Source of the DNA: Eledone cirrhosa
Taxonomy: Eukaryota
Length of the DNA stretch: 64,000 nt
Direction: 5' to 3'
Assembly (NCBI GenBank): GCA_964016885.1
Contig: OZ024745.1
Location: forward strand, 67,332,001 to 67,396,000
Part shown: in pieces, positions 61,196-64,000 of the stretch
How the letters are laid out: each line of letters starts with the position of its first letter
Numbering within the stretch: position 1 is the stretch's first letter
The notes under the pieces: model-generated
Seen by the model: only the letters and a program-made list of their open reading frames with translations
Told to the model about the DNA's origin: nothing
The model's database searches: none
Program-made: the position numbers and the translations under genes

Positions 61196-62240
61196 ATAAG
61201 CTTCTTGGAGATTAGAGATTAATTTTATTTGATTTTCCCCACCTTTTGAGATTGTATATAATCAATAAAAGCAAATTACGTGTCAATTTATTCCTTAGAG
61301 ATTGTGTTCTTACTATATACATTTTTATCATCACACCTATCCTTCACTTTAGATCAAACTGGCTTAATTGACTGTAAGTATAAATTACATTTCTGTTTTA
61401 TCTTATTACATTGCTCTATCTCTCATGCATATGAATATTTTTCATTGCACTTTTTCATTTAATCTTATTTATTTTAACATAATAGAAACTATTTTGATTT
61501 CGGTAGTAATTTGTATGCTAAATTTGTGTTTCTCTTTCATAGATTTCCCTAAGGTATTTACAAGCAATCTGTTTTATTTCGCCGCCTAATTGTAACATCG
61601 AATTTCCATATAAAAGCATTGCATGAATTAACAATTTTTTCTGTTTCTGATCGTTAGATAAATGTTGATAAACAATCCTATTAGTTTTTCTGAAGTATTT
61701 AATGTTTCGATATAGTTAATTAAATATAAGAAATATTTGCTTACCAGCATTTCATTTCGATATCTAATTGTATTAAGAGGCATCATCAGAACGACAATTA
61801 CAATGTTGGGGTGAGCTTGTAAATTTGTTCGTAATATTAGTAGTGGAGCTCTTAGTGGCGTTACTGGTTAAGGTGATGTTCTTTATTAACAGGACATCCT
61901 TGAATAATCCAACCTGTGATTAAAAGCGTTCGAACCATAATATTGTCATACTTCTCTCAGACATTACATATTTATGACTACATAATTTTATGTGTTTCTT
62001 ACTTTTCAAGAACCTAGAATGTATTACAACGTATAACTTGCAAGAAATATTGTCCAAATACCCAGCAAATCCCTTTTTAAAAGGAGGATATATTGAACAA
62101 TATAGTCTTAATTATACAAAACCTCGGTCAGATCCTGACAGAAATGCCAATTATCAAAAAATTTTATGAGTAGAATCTTGGTATAAGAATTCATATTTAC
62201 CAATGATGTTACGTTGATCTAATTTTGTCATTGACATTTT

Positions 62241-62348
62241 ATTATATATTTGTCTCTGTAAACCCCTGTAGTTAATGAAGAAAGCATTATATATTTGTCT
62301 CTGTAAACCCCTGTAGTTAATGAAGAAAGCATTATATATTTTTCTCTG
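62241..62348. repeat. 45-bp tandem duplication
   Basis: attatatatttgtctctgtaaacccctgtagttaatgaagaaagc x~2.3. Confidence 0.85.
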
Positions 62349-62762
62349 TGCTATCATCATATTCTAGACTTGGGTTAAACAAAAACAAATAACAGAAACA
62401 GTTTTATACATCAATTTAATTAATATATTTTATTGTTTGATTACATTAATCATTTTATTGGATTGATTTTCATTATTTTCGTACATTTCGCCAAGTTCTA
62501 CTATACATTTCTTGGTTACAAAGTCAATAAAATATTTATAAGAAAACAAAATCTGTCATTGCTAAAATCAAATCAGAATGTCAGCAATTCAATAAGAATT
62601 CAATACCAAACGGGCCCATCACCAGGGAGCGGTGTTCTCGATGACACTACCACCTTGCTTTCAATGGTATACCCTTAGATTTGTTGGTTCTTCTCCCTAT
62701 TGAAAATATCTGGGATCTCTACATCAATTATAATAAAGACCACATTATTACATATATATATG

Positions 62763-62882
<120 letters not shown>

Positions 62883-62914
62883 GTAGTTTGCTTGAAGCAT
62901 TGTTGAATACGAGG

Positions 62915-63285
62915 GTATATCTTCAACGAAATGGCTCGTATACCCAACTGATGCAGTGACGCTGCTAATAGAGCCACCCATAGACGATTCCACAAGGTAC
63001 TAGAGATTAACGGCTACCCAGCTTCCTTCGCCGCCCCACGATGAAACCCCAAACCCAGAGACCGGAACACCACAAACAACAGTCGCTTCTTCAAGATCCC
63101 ACATCTCAGCGAGGAAACGACCAACGGCATACGCAAAGCCATCAGAATAGAGGGCCTCAATATCAAACTAGTTCACTCTGAACCTTCCCCTGCAAAGATG
63201 CCTCCTCACAATGCAACCCCCAACGTGGTTAACGGATGCACCGTAGCCAATTGCCCCATCCGGAACACTAATTGTTGCCTAATCC
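62915..63285 (+). pseudogene. PLE fragment (RT thumb/linker, Nematis-like)
   Basis: INGYP...FFKIPHLSE...IRKAIR.EGLNIKLVH...CTVANCPI..TNCC. Confidence 0.6.
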
Positions 63286-63616
63286 ATTTTGGATTGTAAA
63301 ATTTATTCGATTTATTTTGTTGAGTTGTATCTATGTAATTAAGCACCGTATATATATCATTTGTGTGCATGTATGTAACTTATAAATCTTATAAATAGAA
63401 TGCTTGAAATGCTATATTGATCATTAATACTTGGTCGTTTTTTCTAATGGGGATAAGTAGTTATTAATGATATTCGGAGAAGGATTTCCAATCTGACATC
63501 AAATAATTAAAACTTTCATAAAGCCGGCTCTACTTTTATCTCCTTAAGGTCTATAAGGTTATATCATATTGTTTATATACTTCCCTCTACACTTGTACTT
63601 TATATATATATATATA

Positions 63617-63837
63617 TAGAAGGAAGTGGTTACACAAGAGTTAGTTCACCATACCGAGAACAATTGTTTCACCTTAGCGGATCTTCAGCTCGGAATGCCC
63701 ATTCCGAGCTGAAGATCTGCTAAGGTGAAACAATTGTTCTCGGTATGGTGAACTAACTGTTGTGTAACCACTTCTACCTAACTCGTCCCATGGATTGAGT
63801 GCTCTACCACTACGGATATTACCTTCCAGTGTTACAC

Positions 63838-63842
<5 letters not shown>
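63617..63842. mobile_element. Hammerhead-bearing fold-back mini-insertion in (TA)n
   Basis: ~80-bp arms around ggaatgcccattcc plus ~60-bp tail; the same tail occurs solo at ~15181-15233. Confidence 0.88.
63704..63743 (+). ncRNA. Minimal type I hammerhead (mirror copy 63654-63693, - strand)
   Basis: ccgag-CTGAAGA-t c(c/t)gctaagg t-GAAA-caattGTT-ctcgg; palindromic stem III acaattgt. Confidence 0.8.
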
Positions 63843-63893
<51 letters not shown>

Positions 63894-64000
63894 TATTAAG
63901 TATGTCCATAGAATCATTTGATAATATATATACACCATTTCATAATTAACCACACAAAAAATCAATTAGACCAGGCTATAAGATTAAAAGGCACCTATGA

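Noticed and set aside
61745-61912. Splice-bounded segment on the - strand with CTGATGA...GAAA
   Set aside because: Stops in all three frames and no convincing hammerhead stems

Overview
AT-rich, microsatellite-saturated eukaryotic DNA. The SINE and repeat content looks octopod/cephalopod-like (inference). No host protein-coding gene can be supported, and nearly all long ORFs in the track are (TA)n/(CA)n/minisatellite artefacts. The window is mostly decayed mobile elements: at least five Penelope-like element (PLE) copies (Neptune-like, three Naiad-like, a Nematis-like scrap), a near full-length Tx1/L1 LINE, CRE and RTE LINE fragments, a TIR DNA transposon, hAT MITEs, a Helentron/DINE-like element, many tRNA-derived SINEs and four copies of a ~600-bp non-coding RTE-derived retroposon. 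The main signal is a recurring architecture in several unrelated families: asymmetric fold-back insertions (70 bp to 3.6 kb), mostly in (TA)n. One arm stops at a family-fixed point, the other carries an extra 'tail', and many carry type I hammerhead ribozymes, including non-canonical core variants. All structures were read by eye and boundaries are approximate unless a TSD or TIR is quoted.
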